A stretch of 64,000 nucleotides of DNA, from positions 115,692,001 through 115,756,000 of the forward strand of contig OZ024745.1 of assembly GCA_964016885.1 (NCBI GenBank), in the 5' to 3' direction. The position numbers and the translations under genes are program-made. Every line of letters starts with the position of its first letter. Position 1 is the stretch's first letter. The notes under the pieces were generated by a model, which was not told where the DNA came from, did not search any database, and saw nothing but the letters and a program-made list of their open reading frames with translations. Origin of the DNA: Eledone cirrhosa. Its lineage: Eukaryota. Of the stretch, positions 36,749 to 49,922 are shown piece after piece.

Positions 36749-38640
36749 TACACAAATATCAAAGTTATGTTCAAATCATTTAATCGCTGAGAATTGTTTC
36801 TTCCAAACTTTAGTTTGGAGTCATCGGAGCATTATCAATGTTTGTACATATAATTAACCTCCTATTCAACTGAACAATCATATAGATACATATATATTGA
36901 TGTTGTGAACAACAGTTTAGTATTTACAGGGTGTAATGGATGCGACATATATTATACGAGAATTGTACAATAATTAAAATTAAAATTAAAAGCACATAGT
37001 GTAGCCAACTCCACTTCACTATCTAGCTACATACACTATCTGAAAACTGGGATGTAGTAGGTAGGGCTACATCGTATAAACCACCGAATAAATTATGTAA
37101 CCTCTGTCTTATAGAGACCCATACTATAATCTTTTCGAAACTAAACCTCCTAAATAAAAAGTCAGATGTATTTTCCTCATGCCAGCACCACTACCGGCAC
37201 TCATTCCATAACTTTAAACCTAGCCGCTAGTATATAAAAATGTCAGATTTGAATTCCTCACCACCATTAACACTTCACCTCTAAGACTTTTCTTCTCCCA
37301 CAGCATCACACTCTTTGATCGATCTGCTCTTTCCTCTACACAATTCCTATTTATATCAAACATTATACTCTACAATAACTATTAGAAATAAACATATAGT
37401 CACCACCTTTTAATATAACTACTTTAGATTACTTATAATATATACAGTAATGGATATATAATATGTAGAGATATTAAATGTAATATGTGACAATGAATTA
37501 TATATACATTTATAATTAAATGTATAAATTAATAACATTGTATATAAAGGATTAAATTATTAACATAAGGGATTTATCTAATTGGACATGTAAATATCTA
37601 TACATTATTCCATATCTTGCTTAGTATTGGGTAGATAACAATCTAATGAAACCTTTAATATATTATGAGAGAGTAGACTGTATTTAAAATTAAATATAAA
37701 TATATAACATTATGTAAAAGGGATTAAATTGTGACACTATATAATGTCTATTAGAGTAAAGAATTTAAATAGTTTAATGAGCTAGTTACCTCCCCTTACG
37801 CATTAGCTCCCCTTAATTTTGGATCTCATATCCACTTCCTGATATTAAACCGCTAGAAAATCTCGCTGTAGAACAACTCTAATCCATGAATAAGAATACA
37901 ATAAGACCAATTTACAATCCATTACTATAACCAACTAAAAACATTCAATACAAACATTAACTAAAATATAATTTAACATATGTAATGGATAGGAATTCAA
38001 TAACTTTCATATTCTCCACATACAAATTTGAATTCTACAGAAACTATCATCGCATTACATCCTCCATAAGACACTAACATATTCGCTTAAAGTGCTTGTA
38101 TTTTATGTAGTAGCTTGCCATACAGTATTTATATATGCCTAATACCTTTGCTTGTTTCCTTCTCATATATATGACTAACGAATGTGCAATCTCTACACGC
38201 TTGAATATGTACTTCATTCTCATTGCCTCTTTAATTATTAGACTATTCTCTTGTATTATCTGTTGCATGTATTCCACTCTGTGCTTTTAATTTTAATTTT
38301 AATTATTGTACAATTCTCGTATAATATATGTCGCATCCATTACACCCTGTAAATACTAAACTGTTTTTCACAACATCAATATATATGTATCTATATGATT
38401 GTTCAGTTGAATAGGAGGTTAATTATATGTACAAACATTGATAATGCTCCGATGACTCCAAACTAAAGTTTGGAAGAAACAATTTTCAGCGATTAAATGA
38501 TTTGAACATAACTTTGATATTTGTGTAATTTATAATTTAGATTCCTGCTCTGTAAAACACCTGACGTTCTTACATTGAGCTGTTTCTCTTACTGGTAATA
38601 AGGTAGTAATAAATTACTGACCTTTCCTGTTTATAGCTGT
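36742..38640 (+). mobile_element. Penelope-like element end with inverted terminal repeat in intron 3 of paralogue B (same family as 2335-4200)
   Basis: 36742-36996 is reverse complement of 38280-38534; 37000-37230 encodes SYKPPNKLCNLCLIE..VFSSCQH; the tail matches 4107-4195. Confidence 0.9.
38443..38494 (+). ncRNA. Hammerhead-like motif with CCGAUGA core (mirror copy 36782-36833 on -)
   Basis: gct-CCGATGA-ctccaaact aa agtttggaa-GAAA-caattt-TC-agc. Confidence 0.55.
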
Positions 38641-39940
38641 TTATAGTATAGTATATACATAACTATAAATACTATCATTATTATATATAGTTTAGGATAA
38701 ATGAAAACATAGTTTAGGATAAATGAAAGTGAGGCAGAAATAAAATAACGGGCAAAAAGTGAGGGGAAAAATATATAAATAAATATCCAGAACAGAAACA
38801 TACATATAATCAAACACACGCTTATAAGCCAGATAAGAACATAAGCCAGATGTGTCATTTCGAATCGATAGCAATCCGTCGTGTCACTGGCCATTGTCCG
38901 TAGAAATGCCATTGCCATTTTGTCTGTTTGGCGCAGCCGAAGCACCGCTCTGACGTGGGTGTAGAGTCTGTCACACTTTCCCCTTCCCCCTTCCATTATG
39001 TAGTCCTTGCTCTTCCATTCCTTTTCTTCTTATTTATGACCTATGTTGTTCTTTCCAATTCTGCTTTCTTTTTCTGTAAGTTTATCCAATATATATATAT
39101 TATATCAGCAATAAATTAGACAACACGTGTGAAATAATGTACATTTCAAAATCACGTACACCTCCACACTTTGTAATAATAAAAGCAATTTATCTAATCC
39201 AAACAAACCACAACACAATAATATATGATGCCTATATCTTACATATGTTGTAAATTTCAAATATTTGTTTGAATATTCATCGTATGTTGTGTCTTAAATT
39301 ATATCTAATCAGGAGATTATTTTCCTCTGATACTGAGACGAACGTCGTTTCTAATGACACATGTGAACATAACTAGTGACGTTTTCCCACATTCTACCAC
39401 AAGTAAATTATGAACATTTACACACTTACGTATTTAACTAAAACCTTTCTCATTCTACCAAAATTTGATTTGGGAAATTATTACATTACTTCATTTAAAT
39501 ATCTCTATTGCTTATTATTTTGGCAGTAGAGAACTTTTCAATTATGTATATTAACAAAGAGGTGGCGAATTGAGAAGTTGGATAGAATACTTTGAGGTAT
39601 TCGTTTCAGTTCGCTGCTCACTGATTTCAAATCCCGCCAAGGCCAACATTGTTTTTCATCCTTTCGAGGTCGCTAAGAAAAGTGTCAGTTTAGTATTTTG
39701 GTCGATTCGTCCACTATGTCTCTTTCTCACTTTCCTTCTCTCATTCTCCCTATTCTTCTCTGGAAGAAATCTACTGTATTCCGACCTGGAGAGGGATGGG
39801 CTCCCAAGAACATGGTATATCCCACGGCACTTCAACGACTCCCTTAGGACTTACAGGACCATGCATGCATATTAAAAAATCTTACAATGGTCAACAACTT
39901 CAAATAAAGCACATATACTAATTCTTTGAATGGTATGTAA

Positions 39941-40128
39941 TAATTGTTTCTACTTTAGGCACAAGGCCAGCAAATACCCAGTGCATTACTGGTACTTTAT
40001 TTTATCGACCCTGTAAGGATGAAAGACAAAGTCAACCTCAGCGTGATTTGAACTCAGATCGCTAAGGGACGTAACTATGCTGGAAAGCATGGCGTCCGAC
40101 ACTCTACCGATACTGCCAATCCACCGCC
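39941..40128 (-). mobile_element. OR2-like SINE with target-site duplication
   Basis: TTGAATGGTATGTAATAAT duplicated at 39926 and 40147. Confidence 0.88.
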
Positions 40129-40268
40129 TTCATTATTACATACCCTTGAATGGTATGTAATAATCCATAGGGATTATTACATACCATTCAAATAATTAGT
40201 ATATGTGCTTTATTTAACAAAAACTTAATACATGTAAATCCTTTCATTAAGTATAACTTATTTTTCAG

Positions 40269-40400
40269 TCAATGATGTTGCAGTCTTGGAACTGACGAAA
40301 GAAGTACCTCTCAGTAAATGTATTGCTCCTCTCGCTCTTCCTCGTAAAGGAGATACATATGCTGATATATGCACGGCAGCTGGATGGGGACAAACCGGAA
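40269..40400 (+). CDS. S1 serine protease paralogue B, exon 4 (Asp102)
   Basis: tttttcAG|..|GTaagc; (L)NDVAVLELTKEVPLSKCIAPLALPRKGDTYADICTAAGWGQTG. Confidence 0.95.
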
Positions 40401-40577
40401 GTAAGCTGTGAATATGATTTCTTAACTTACATACTTAACATGTTGAGACATACGTTTATTACAGCAACTAGTAGAATCATAAATGATATGAAATTTTAAT
40501 GTTTGTTTTCAATGAGAACTTCTGCTTTCAAGATAATTATCTAGAATATAAATGTATAATGTATATATATGTATGTT

Positions 40578-40665
<88 letters not shown>

Positions 40666-40692
40666 TATATATATATTTATATATATATATAC

Positions 40693-40724
<32 letters not shown>

Positions 40725-40725
40725 G

Positions 40726-40766
<41 letters not shown>

Positions 40767-40786
40767 ATACGTATATATATATATAC

Positions 40787-40820
<34 letters not shown>

Positions 40821-41085
40821 TTATATACATATATATGTATATTTGTATATATATATGTGGTAAAATTTGTAATACATATAGCTTTTAAGTTATATGTAAA
40901 AGAGAACGTTCTATTTTCCTCCATTAATAATTCTCATAATATTGAAATATTAGCTATAAAGTTAAATTGTGAACTCTATTTCTCTATATAATGTGGCACA
41001 TTTTCTTTCATATTGCCTTCTATAACCTTGTAGTATGCTTACGTCCAGAAATATGATAAATAAATCATTATATATTTTATTTCAG

Positions 41086-41231
41086 CTAAAGGCATTTTCC
41101 CAAATCAACTTCAGAAAACCAAAATTAATGTAATCCCAACAAGTAAATGTCAGAATCAAGCAGCTGGTGTAACCTCTGATCAACACATCTGTATTGGAGA
41201 TAATAAAAACAAGGGTAAAAACATATGTGGT
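41086..41231 (+). CDS. S1 serine protease paralogue B, exon 5
   Basis: tttcAG|..|GTaagt; KGIFPNQLQKTKINVIPTSKCQNQAAGVTSDQHICIGDNKNKGKNICG. Confidence 0.95.
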
Positions 41232-41373
41232 GTAAGTAAAACAACTAATATTTTACCAAATCATAAGTCTATTTGGGGTAGAGTCGTTACAGCTTTGGAA
41301 AATTTGCTAGAATTATTTAGTTACCGGGCCTCATGTTAAAAACCGATCGGTCAACTTTGCACTTCGTTCGTTC

Positions 41374-41537
41374 GTTCTTCTTCTTCTTCTTCTTCTTCTT
41401 CTTCTTCTTCTTCTTCTTCTTCTTCTTCTTCTTCTTCTTCTTCTTCTTCTTCTTCTTCTTCTTCTTCTTCTTCTTCTTCTTCTTCTTCTTCTTCTTCTTC
41501 TTCTTCTTCTTCTTCTTCTTCTTCTTCTTCTTCTTCC
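41374..41537. repeat. (TTC)n microsatellite, more than 50 units, in intron 5 of paralogue B
   Basis: Directly visible. Confidence 0.98.
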
Positions 41538-41904
41538 TCTCTCCCTCCCCCCTCTTTGACATTAAGACTTCTGGACATACCAAATTATGTGGCTCATACT
41601 AACATATATTATGAAGTTAAAAGTGTTCAGAATAAAAGTGATGTATTTTATATGGAGTAGTCTGAGAGGAAGGGGAGGCAGTGCTAATGGTAGAGGAGTG
41701 TGATAGTATGGTGTGTCGGATACAAGGAAATGTGATGCAATCCTTCGTTACAGCGATATCACAACGAGAGAGATTGAGAGAAAGAGAGAGGGTAGACTGA
41801 TGAGAATGTTGGAAAGGAGATTAAATACAGAGCGATACAATGCTATCTCTTGTTCCTTGGGTGGCACAAGGCCAGCAATTTTAAGGGGAGGAGAAAGTCC
41901 TTAG

Positions 41905-42400
41905 ACACACCTTCCAGAGGGAAGGGTTCTATTATACGTAACCGTCTCCAATTGATCTGGCTAATATATATTATCGAACTGAGCTCATGGATATTATCCA
42001 ACCATTTTCCCCCTGGTCTATTTCTGGGTCTCGTTCCGGTTGGTTTTGCCCTCAAAATCTGTTCAGCGGTTGTCTCCTAAAACATTCTGATCACATGTCC
42101 TTAGTACTGAAGCGGTGGTCTCTGGATTCGGTGGAGTTGGGGCTCTACTTGAAGCGACTCCCTCATCTCTGATCTCTATCGAGTAACGTTACTCCAAAAT
42201 TCCTTCGGAGGAAATTAATTCAGCCACATGTATTCGTGGTTGTATTCTTTCGATCATGATCATAGGTAAGGGTAGGGACAAACAACGAACTGGCTTTTAT
42301 ACCTGCCCCATTCTCCTGATGTCCGTGTGCTAAAGCCAGAGGATTACGGTACAATTTCTTGCAATTCTTGAATTTAAATCAGTCCCTTGCTTTCCACCTC
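41905..42400 (-). mobile_element. RTE/RTEX-like LINE 3' fragment (related pieces at 43330-43520 and 58215-58280 on +)
   Basis: G.RPR.RP..KWLDNI and RRPRGRSRARWLDKI C-terminal motif typical of RTE-clade ORFs. Confidence 0.6.
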
Positions 42401-42514
42401 TCGTGAAAACGAGCTCAGGATACTTGAATTTCACCTGCCTCAGTGGAACACCATTTATATGCAGAGTACTTTACGCAGGCATTCTCGAGTGGTAAATTTC
42501 AGATGCGAATGTTA

Positions 42515-42692
42515 GGCAGTATCGGTAGAGAGTCGGACGCCATGCTTTGCAGCAAAGAGTTACGTCCCTTTACGGTCTGAGTTCAAATCCGCCCAGGTTA
42601 ACTTTGCCTTTCATCTTTACGGGGTCGATAAAATAAAGCACCAGTAATACACTGGAGTAATTGCTGGCCTTGTGCCAAAAATAGAAATAATT
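42515..42692 (+). mobile_element. OR2-like SINE
   Basis: Consensus match. Confidence 0.88.
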
Positions 42693-42954
42693 ATATTAGA
42701 AAGCAAGAAATGCTTCCTTTATACTTATTACCAGAACATATTGTCTGTTGATGGGTTTACTGATTTTAATGTTTTAATTAATCGAGAGAGATCTTTCCAA
42801 TTATTTATGTTATAACATGATATATTAATATATTTTCGTTATATCTGCAGTCTCTCTCCCTTTGAGACTTATTTCTTACATAGATTTGTGTGTCTATACT
42901 GAGGGTGTCTCAGGGAGAAGTTGTGTATGTTCTTCCTCAAAGAAATTCATAAAA

Positions 42955-43280
42955 ATAACTGAAACCGTTCACGAACGCCTCTCATTACGAACAAACCGGT
43001 TCGCGAGTTATTTTCTGAACATAAAATGTCTCGGTTCACGAATGGTGTCTCGAGTAATGAATAGGAAAACCGGCAACAACGGTTGGCGACAAACTGGGAG
43101 TATCGGTGGGAAAGTGTCACATGGTGTGTAGTTAGTTACTATGATAATATATATCTGTCTTTCATAAACAGTCTTTCTATCACTGTATTTCTCTCTAAAC
43201 ATTTCGTACGGGAAAAATAGTTTCGGGTTACGAATGGCCTTCAGGAACGAATTACGTTCTTCAACCGAGGTTCCACTGTA
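42955..43280. mobile_element. Tc1/mariner (Tigger/pogo-like) non-autonomous fragment
   Basis: Right end reads TA-CAGTGGAACCTCGGTTGAAGAACG on the minus strand. Confidence 0.6.
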
Positions 43281-43747
43281 GTTTCAAATGAAAAATGAAA
43301 ATGGGATTTGGACCATTTGTAATTAAAATTGAAATGATATCCCCAACCCACAGGAGACCCAGGGGTAGATCCCGAGCAAGATGGTTGGATAAGATCCATG
43401 AGATCAGCTGGTCTCGCTTGGAGATCCAGCCGGTTCAGTTGGAAATTGTTGCTTCTGAGAGGACCCGCAGGAAGGAGTGCTTGAGGACTCTGCACTCCCT
43501 ACCCACACCGTCTCCAGAATAATTTGGTGAGGAGTAGTAAAAAGTAGTAGTAACAAATAGTATCTAGTATGAGATCTAATGATGGCCATTAGAAATATGT
43601 TACCAATTATTAAATTAAGTAGGATTGATAAATCAAGAAAACACTTGATATAAACAAGTAATCATACATATAGAAGATATCTACATGTGATGCATCATTT
43701 CTTTTAAGACAGTGGAAATTGTTAAATCATTTATTTTCTGATTTCAG

Positions 43748-43903
43748 GGAGATTCTGGTAGTGGTCTCGTCTGCCGTAGAAAATCTGATAATGCCCTTGT
43801 TGTTGCTGGTATTGCCTCATACGTTTTCGACTGTGATAAAGGTTTTGGAGTATATGTCAACACTGCTTATTTCCTGGACTATATCACTCGGCATACAGGT
43901 TAA
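43748..43903 (+). CDS. S1 serine protease paralogue B, exon 6 (Ser195, stop); spliced CDS 765 nt, 254 aa
   Basis: tttcAG|GGA; GDSGSGLVCRRKSDNALVVAGIASYVFDCDKGFGVYVNTAYFLDYITRHTG*; 61+148+122+132+146+156=765 with an open frame. Confidence 0.95.
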   Translation, partial: GDSGSGLVCRRKSDNALVVAGIASYVFDCDKGFGVYVNTAYFLDYITRHTG

Positions 43904-44187
43904 TAAAAAAAACTGAAATCTAATCTGTAGGTACATGGATTTCCTTCTAAACATAATTGCAACTCAATAAATTGTATTTAAAATATATCATATTTCTTAT
44001 TTTATATCTGAATATTATTTTAATTTAACTTTTGTGACTAATCGTCTGACTACAATTTACAGAAGAGGATGGAAATGATTAGTAGCAGACGAGATGTGTA
44101 TGAATAATAAATAGGAAATTGAAGACTATACATATACTGACAAAACATGGAATAAAAGATAGATAAAGCACAATATGCTAATGGGAA

Positions 44188-44369
44188 TAATTGTTTCTAC
44201 TTTTGGCACAAGGCCAGCAATTCCCCAGTACATTACTGGTACTTTATTTTATCGACCTCGTAAGGATGAAAGGCAAAGTTAACCTCGGCGGGGTTTGAAC
44301 TCCAGACCGTAAAGGGACGTAACTATGCTGGAAAGCATGGCGTCCGACTCTCTACTGATACTGCCAATC
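44188..44369 (-). mobile_element. OR2-like SINE
   Basis: Consensus match. Confidence 0.88.
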
Positions 44370-46269
44370 GACATGGAAATAATGAGGAGGTTTAGGTACA
44401 TTTAAATCTGGGTAGGCAGGTGAATGCACTTTTTGCATTAATTCACACAATATTTCCACATATTAATGTTCTTAAACTTGACATAATTCAGTAAATTCGT
44501 GTCTAGTGAGTAAGATTACAAATACTTGAAACATACACAACCTCACAGGAGTAAGGAAAGAAAATGGACTGGACTGCATATTAGAGGGAAATGATGAAAG
44601 TAATATGTTTTTTGAAATATTCAATGAACTAAAGCTTCACAGTAATTATTATTAATTGCATCTACGTCAGGTTTAACGCGAACATTCAAATATATGCTGT
44701 GTTCTAGCCTAAATATTGACGCCACCAAACATTTGCGCGCCATGCAAATTAGAATGACGGATTCAGGTAGTTCTTACTTTCTGTATAATATAGAGCTGCT
44801 ATAGCATACGGATTGATAGGAGTGGATACGTTCTGATGAAGACGGAATAACGTCTGTAATTCAAGCAGAAGATTATTCTCTTGTGTAAGGAGAAATAGCT
44901 GAAAATGTTTAAAATACACAGTTCATTCTTTTCACAGAAAATCTAAACTATAATAAAGTAAGGAGTGCGGGACTGCGTCCAGAATATATATATATTTTAA
45001 TGTATCATGGATTAGGTTACTGCTAAGATAAGAGAGTGTAACGCAGTCCTCGTTCAATTTTTGTGTATATTGTCAATTACGATTTTATTTGATGTATCAT
45101 ATCTACATACATATATACTTGCGTATAATATCAATATGCACACTACACATGCTAGCAGAAAACCACTCGAAGGGTGATTTTTCTGCTAGTGTTTCTAATT
45201 GAAAAAGAGTAGTTGCATCTAAAATAGGTCATTTATTTGATTGCGTCGTCAAAAGTATGCACGTCATAAAAATTAGATTATATATATATACTAACAGAAT
45301 GGCCCGGCATTGCTCGGGATTCTAAACATAGATTAGCATGTTTATCCCTCCTTTCTGAAACAGTACAGAGTAGTACGGGATACTTCAGCCAATTACTTCA
45401 GATGTACCAATCCATAAATTTAAGTTAGAAATAGAGCAATTAGAACGAACTTCCTTCAAAGCTAGATTTTATAATCACAAATCGTCTTTTAAATACCAAC
45501 TTAAAAGAACTAACACGGCACTCTCGGAACTCATATGGTCCTTAAAAGACAAAAATATTAACCAAAGATGTGGGTTCGACTCCCATGTACGTCAATACTC
45601 ATCTTTTTCCATTTATCTGAGGGTTCTAAACCCCATTATCAGGCTAAAATTCCGTTAGTCAAAAATACGGTGAAAGCTATTCAATTGTTAATTAGTTCTC
45701 TCGTGAATGCCTGTGCGTGAAGATATTTTTTTTATAGTGAGGAAAGACTGTGCACTGAGCCAATCCCACTCTCTGAGCGACAGTAGCTATAACCCGAAAA
45801 GAAGAAAAGATCTACATCATCGGTAACTACTGAGCCGCAGGTTTTATGTCGGAGTCATCCCAGTTTCCTGAGTTGCCTTCTCCTAGAAGAATGCCCTGAC
45901 AAAGGCTAGGGGTCTTACATTCCCAGTGGTTTAACCGCACGATCGGGTATCCAGCCCGACTATTTCTATATCCCCGTGCATATACATACACATGCACACA
46001 TGCATATACATATACACATACATATGTACATGTGTATATACATATTTACACATTTTTGGATGGCCGTTGACTCTTATGACACATATACATACATACACGA
46101 TGGTTGGAAACTCGTGTTCGAGCATTGCCATCGCTCGATAAAATGCTAAAAAATGTGAGGCACGAATGTGCACCCTCTGGCACATACATGGCAACTGTAG
46201 GCTCCTCCGGGACTTTCCATTGCTTTGTTCTGGCTGTGTGTTCCTTGCCACATTCCATGCACCTTTTCA

Positions 46270-46945
46270 GATCATAATCTCCATGAGCTCTACTGATATG
46301 AAATTTTAGTGCCTAGTCAAACCAGCTTTGCTCAGGCAGACTCGATCACAGTTTTGCCAAACCAGATGATGTTCAACAGCAGACAGTTCAAAACAGTTTC
46401 TTTTCCTTACCTTCCTTTTCAGTGTTAGGTATTCTCTCCGACGAGTTTCAAAGTGTTCACTACCTGACTTGATCAAACGTCTCCACTTCATACGCTCGTC
46501 AGCCATTTTCTCTCATTCGTCAGATGAAATTCCAGTACAAGCCAAGGTGCTCCTGACAGTCCCGCATTTTAGGTTTATGTGGTGGTTGCCTTCCTTCGCA
46601 CAGTTCACCGTAGAGAAGTTGCTTTGAAAAACGATCATCAGACATCCGGACCACGTGTCCGCACTACCTCAACCGATGCCGAAAGATCATGCTCTCTATA
46701 GTCACGGACCTGCTTCGTTCGAGAACTTCCAAACCACTGACGAACATTTTCCATCTCACCCCAAGTAACTTACGAAGAGATTGTTGCCGAAATCTCTCCA
46801 GTTTCTTGAGGTGCTTCACAAGCATAAAGCAAAGAGGAGACGACACAAGTTAGATACACTTTCACCTTGGTTTCGATAGTGATACCTCGTCTGGACAATA
46901 AACGTTCATGCAGCCGTCCAAAGCCATCACTGACTTTCTTGATTC
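46270..46945 (-). mobile_element. RTE (BovB-like) LINE 3' fragment
   Basis: LERFRQQSLRKLL..W, LR*CGHVVRMSDDRFSKQLLYGEL, C..C.R.C.S..GL..H. Confidence 0.85.
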
Positions 46946-48090
46946 TTAAGGATATTTCATCTTACATACATACTTGAAACGTAAGCAGGGAGGCAGTGGC
47001 CTAACATCAATCCGGATAGCATTTGAGTGTCGCGTCCCACAACATTTAAGAGTGTCCCTCCGACAACATTTACGAACCTCAAAGCATAGGAGCCCATTAA
47101 TTGAGCAAGTCTGTCTATATGAGATAGATAAGATCACGAGAGTTGGGAAGGAACTCCTTGAAAGATATTCCCTGTGTGATAATCAAAAACTCACACACAG
47201 GGAAATTGCCCAGCAGTAAATCCATGGATAAGAAACAGTGAATCCATGGATAAGAAACTGAGAAACTGCATGCTTATCAGCAAAATAAATTCATGGGTAT
47301 GTTGGCAGGAAGCTCCAGAGTGAGAGTAATATAGATAAACAAAGTAGTCTATCTTGGACCAACAACCGCTATACTGAATCTCACTTTGAAGGATACGCTT
47401 TTGCAATCCAAGAACAGGAAATCAACATAAAATACTTGATTCACAAAAGAGATAGTGATGCAGGTAAAACACATAGATGTGACAACAAGTGCATACTCTG
47501 CAGAATTAACATCGAAGATGTCACCCATGTCATAAGCAGCTGTCCAAAGATGTCATCATGGTACTATATTTACCTATGAGGAATGATGTAGTGGCCAAAA
47601 CACTGTACAATTCAATCCGTGGAAAAGATAGCCCCGATAATAAACACATTAAAAGCTACAGCGATGTGGAAGACATACATATACATAATATGAAAGAGTA
47701 CTGGTGGAATATTCCAGTAAAAACCTCAATAAAATGCAAGCATAACAGACCAGGTATAATGATATGGGACAGGGAAAAAAAGGAAATGCACAGTAGTGGA
47801 AGTTAGCTGCCCAGCAGATGCCAACATAATATTAAAGATTATCGAAAAGGAGAATATTTATGCATAACTAAAGAAAAATCTACAGATACTCCACCCTGAC
47901 TATACCTTCAGATTTATACCTGTGATTATTGGGACACTGGGATATGTTAGTAACTGCCTCAATACAAATCTTGAGAAGCTAGGCTTCACAGAAATAGAAA
48001 GAACACGACTAGTTAGGAAATTACAAGTACAATCCATTATTGGAACTGTAAAATATAAGTAAAACATTCCAAAAATTCTGCATCTAATAA
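46946..48090 (+). mobile_element. RLE-type non-LTR retrotransposon 3' fragment (NeSL/R4 group)
   Basis: RKQGGSGL, FAIQEQEI, CILC..EDVTHVISSC zinc knuckle, RNDVVAK, HNRPGI (PD-like endonuclease). Confidence 0.85.
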
Positions 48091-48491
48091 CTGCACATAC
48101 ACTTGTACAGATACAAAGCATATACACATGTACACATATAACTCAAAACATCCACATCCACACATACAATAACATCCATACCTGAACACGCATGCATGCA
48201 GACATATCTTACCTGGTTGATGTGTAAATTCCAATGAGGGAGACTTGTAACTATGTTAGAAACCGTCTCTCTCTCTATTGGCAAACATTTGTGAAATTAT
48301 AAAACCAGAAAAATATACATTCATACTTACGTACATACATACTTGCATACATATATACATACATTCAAACCTACCTTCATACATACACACACATATACAT
48401 ACATATATACATACTTTCATGCATACATACACACAAACATACACACACTTTCACACCTATGCAGCTATCTTTGATATATTGTGGTCATTTC

Positions 48492-48674
48492 GATTGGCAG
48501 CGTTGGTAGAGAGGCGAACACCATGCTTTGAAGCATAGAGTTACGTCCCTTTATGATCTGAGTTCAAATACTACCGAGGTTAACTTAGACTTTCATCCTT
48601 ACGGGGTCGATAAAATAAAGTACCAGTAATGTACTGGGTAATTGCATGCCTTGTGCCAAAAGTAGAAACAATTA
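48492..48674 (+). mobile_element. OR2-like SINE
   Basis: Consensus match. Confidence 0.85.
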
Positions 48675-49209
48675 TTTCAATGGTTTCTATGCCAAATCTC
48701 TCATATAGTTTTTTTGTTTTGGATGTTGTAATGGAAATATTTTAACGCTCGAAAGATTTTGACTGTAACTTAAAAGCGAATTAAATTCTATTCATTAGTA
48801 AATGGTTCTGAAAGAGGATTATTGAAAGATATAAAGTTTGCTTAGTATAATGTCTACAAATAAATCGTATTGACTCAGATAAGATGTTTCCGTGTAACAT
48901 TGTTTTCTGAGCTGCTGACTTCTGCTTCATATCATATATAATGGTGTTATAACAACAAGCACATTTTCGATCGCCATTCATGAAACTGTACCAATATCGT
49001 ATCTCTTCTCTTTTGCTTGATAATCAGGAAAGCTAGGTTGGTAAGTTGAGAAACAGTGTGAAGTTAATGCCTTCCCTCATTGAAAGCTAGGTTGGTTAGT
49101 GGAGAAACAGTGTGAAGTTAATGCCTTCCCTCATTGCTATTACATTTTTTCCTATGTGAAAGGTAAACAGTCACAAAACAAAAATGAGCGATTACTATGT
49201 TTTTCTCAA

Positions 49210-49302
49210 ACTGGTATACGCGCGTTTCGCAGATGATTGGCTCAAGGTAACCCATAGAAGTTATGGGACCGACTCCAATATCGATCTGCTCCTCAGACTG
49301 GT
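49210..49302 (-). ncRNA. Hammerhead-like motif with branched stem II and disrupted stem I
   Basis: CTGAGGA-gcagat..atctgc-GAAA-cgcgcg-TA; partial inverted copy at 49435-49500. Confidence 0.5.
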
Positions 49303-49517
49303 GATGCGACAAAAGATATATTTTGTTGTGGTGTGTGGACCGAGAAGGTATATATATATATATATATATAGGCATTGGCCCTATTTTTTGTGTGTGGGCG
49401 TATGTGTATATATTAGTGTAATTGGTAGGGCGGCAATAATGGAGTCGGGTCCATAACTACTATGGCTCATCTTGAGCCAATCCGCTGCGAACCGCGCGTA
49501 AGAGGTCGATACGCAAT

Positions 49518-49558
<41 letters not shown>

Positions 49559-49676
49559 ATTATTATTATTATTATTATTATTGCATTACTAAAATAAAGT
49601 ATCAATAATGCACTGGTTATTTGCTGGCCTTGTGTCTAAAGTAGAAACAATTATTATTATAATAATTATATATATA

Positions 49677-49868
49677 GGGCGGTGAATTGGCAGTATCGGT
49701 AGAGGGTCGGACGCCACGCTTTGACGCATAGAGTTACGGCCGTTGCCATTCTGAGTTCAAATCGTGCCGAGGTTAACTTTACCTTTCATCCTTACGGGTC
49801 CGATAAAATAAAGTAGCAGTAATCTACTGGATAATTGCTGGCCTTGTGCCAAAATTAGAAACAATTAT
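49677..49868 (+). mobile_element. OR2-like SINE
   Basis: Consensus match. Confidence 0.88.
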
Positions 49869-49888
49869 TATTATTATATATAAATTTT

Positions 49889-49919
<31 letters not shown>

Positions 49920-49922
<3 letters not shown>

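Noticed and set aside
41317-41602. Poly-K, poly-F and poly-E ORFs
   Set aside because: Frames of the (TTC)n microsatellite inside an intron
44833-44870. CTGATGA plus hairpin as a hammerhead
   Set aside because: GAAA is replaced by GTAA; no convincing stems I or III
45781-45832. CCGATGA enclosed by a 9-bp stem on the minus strand
   Set aside because: No GAAA or stem III; more likely structure in an RTE-like 5' UTR fragment
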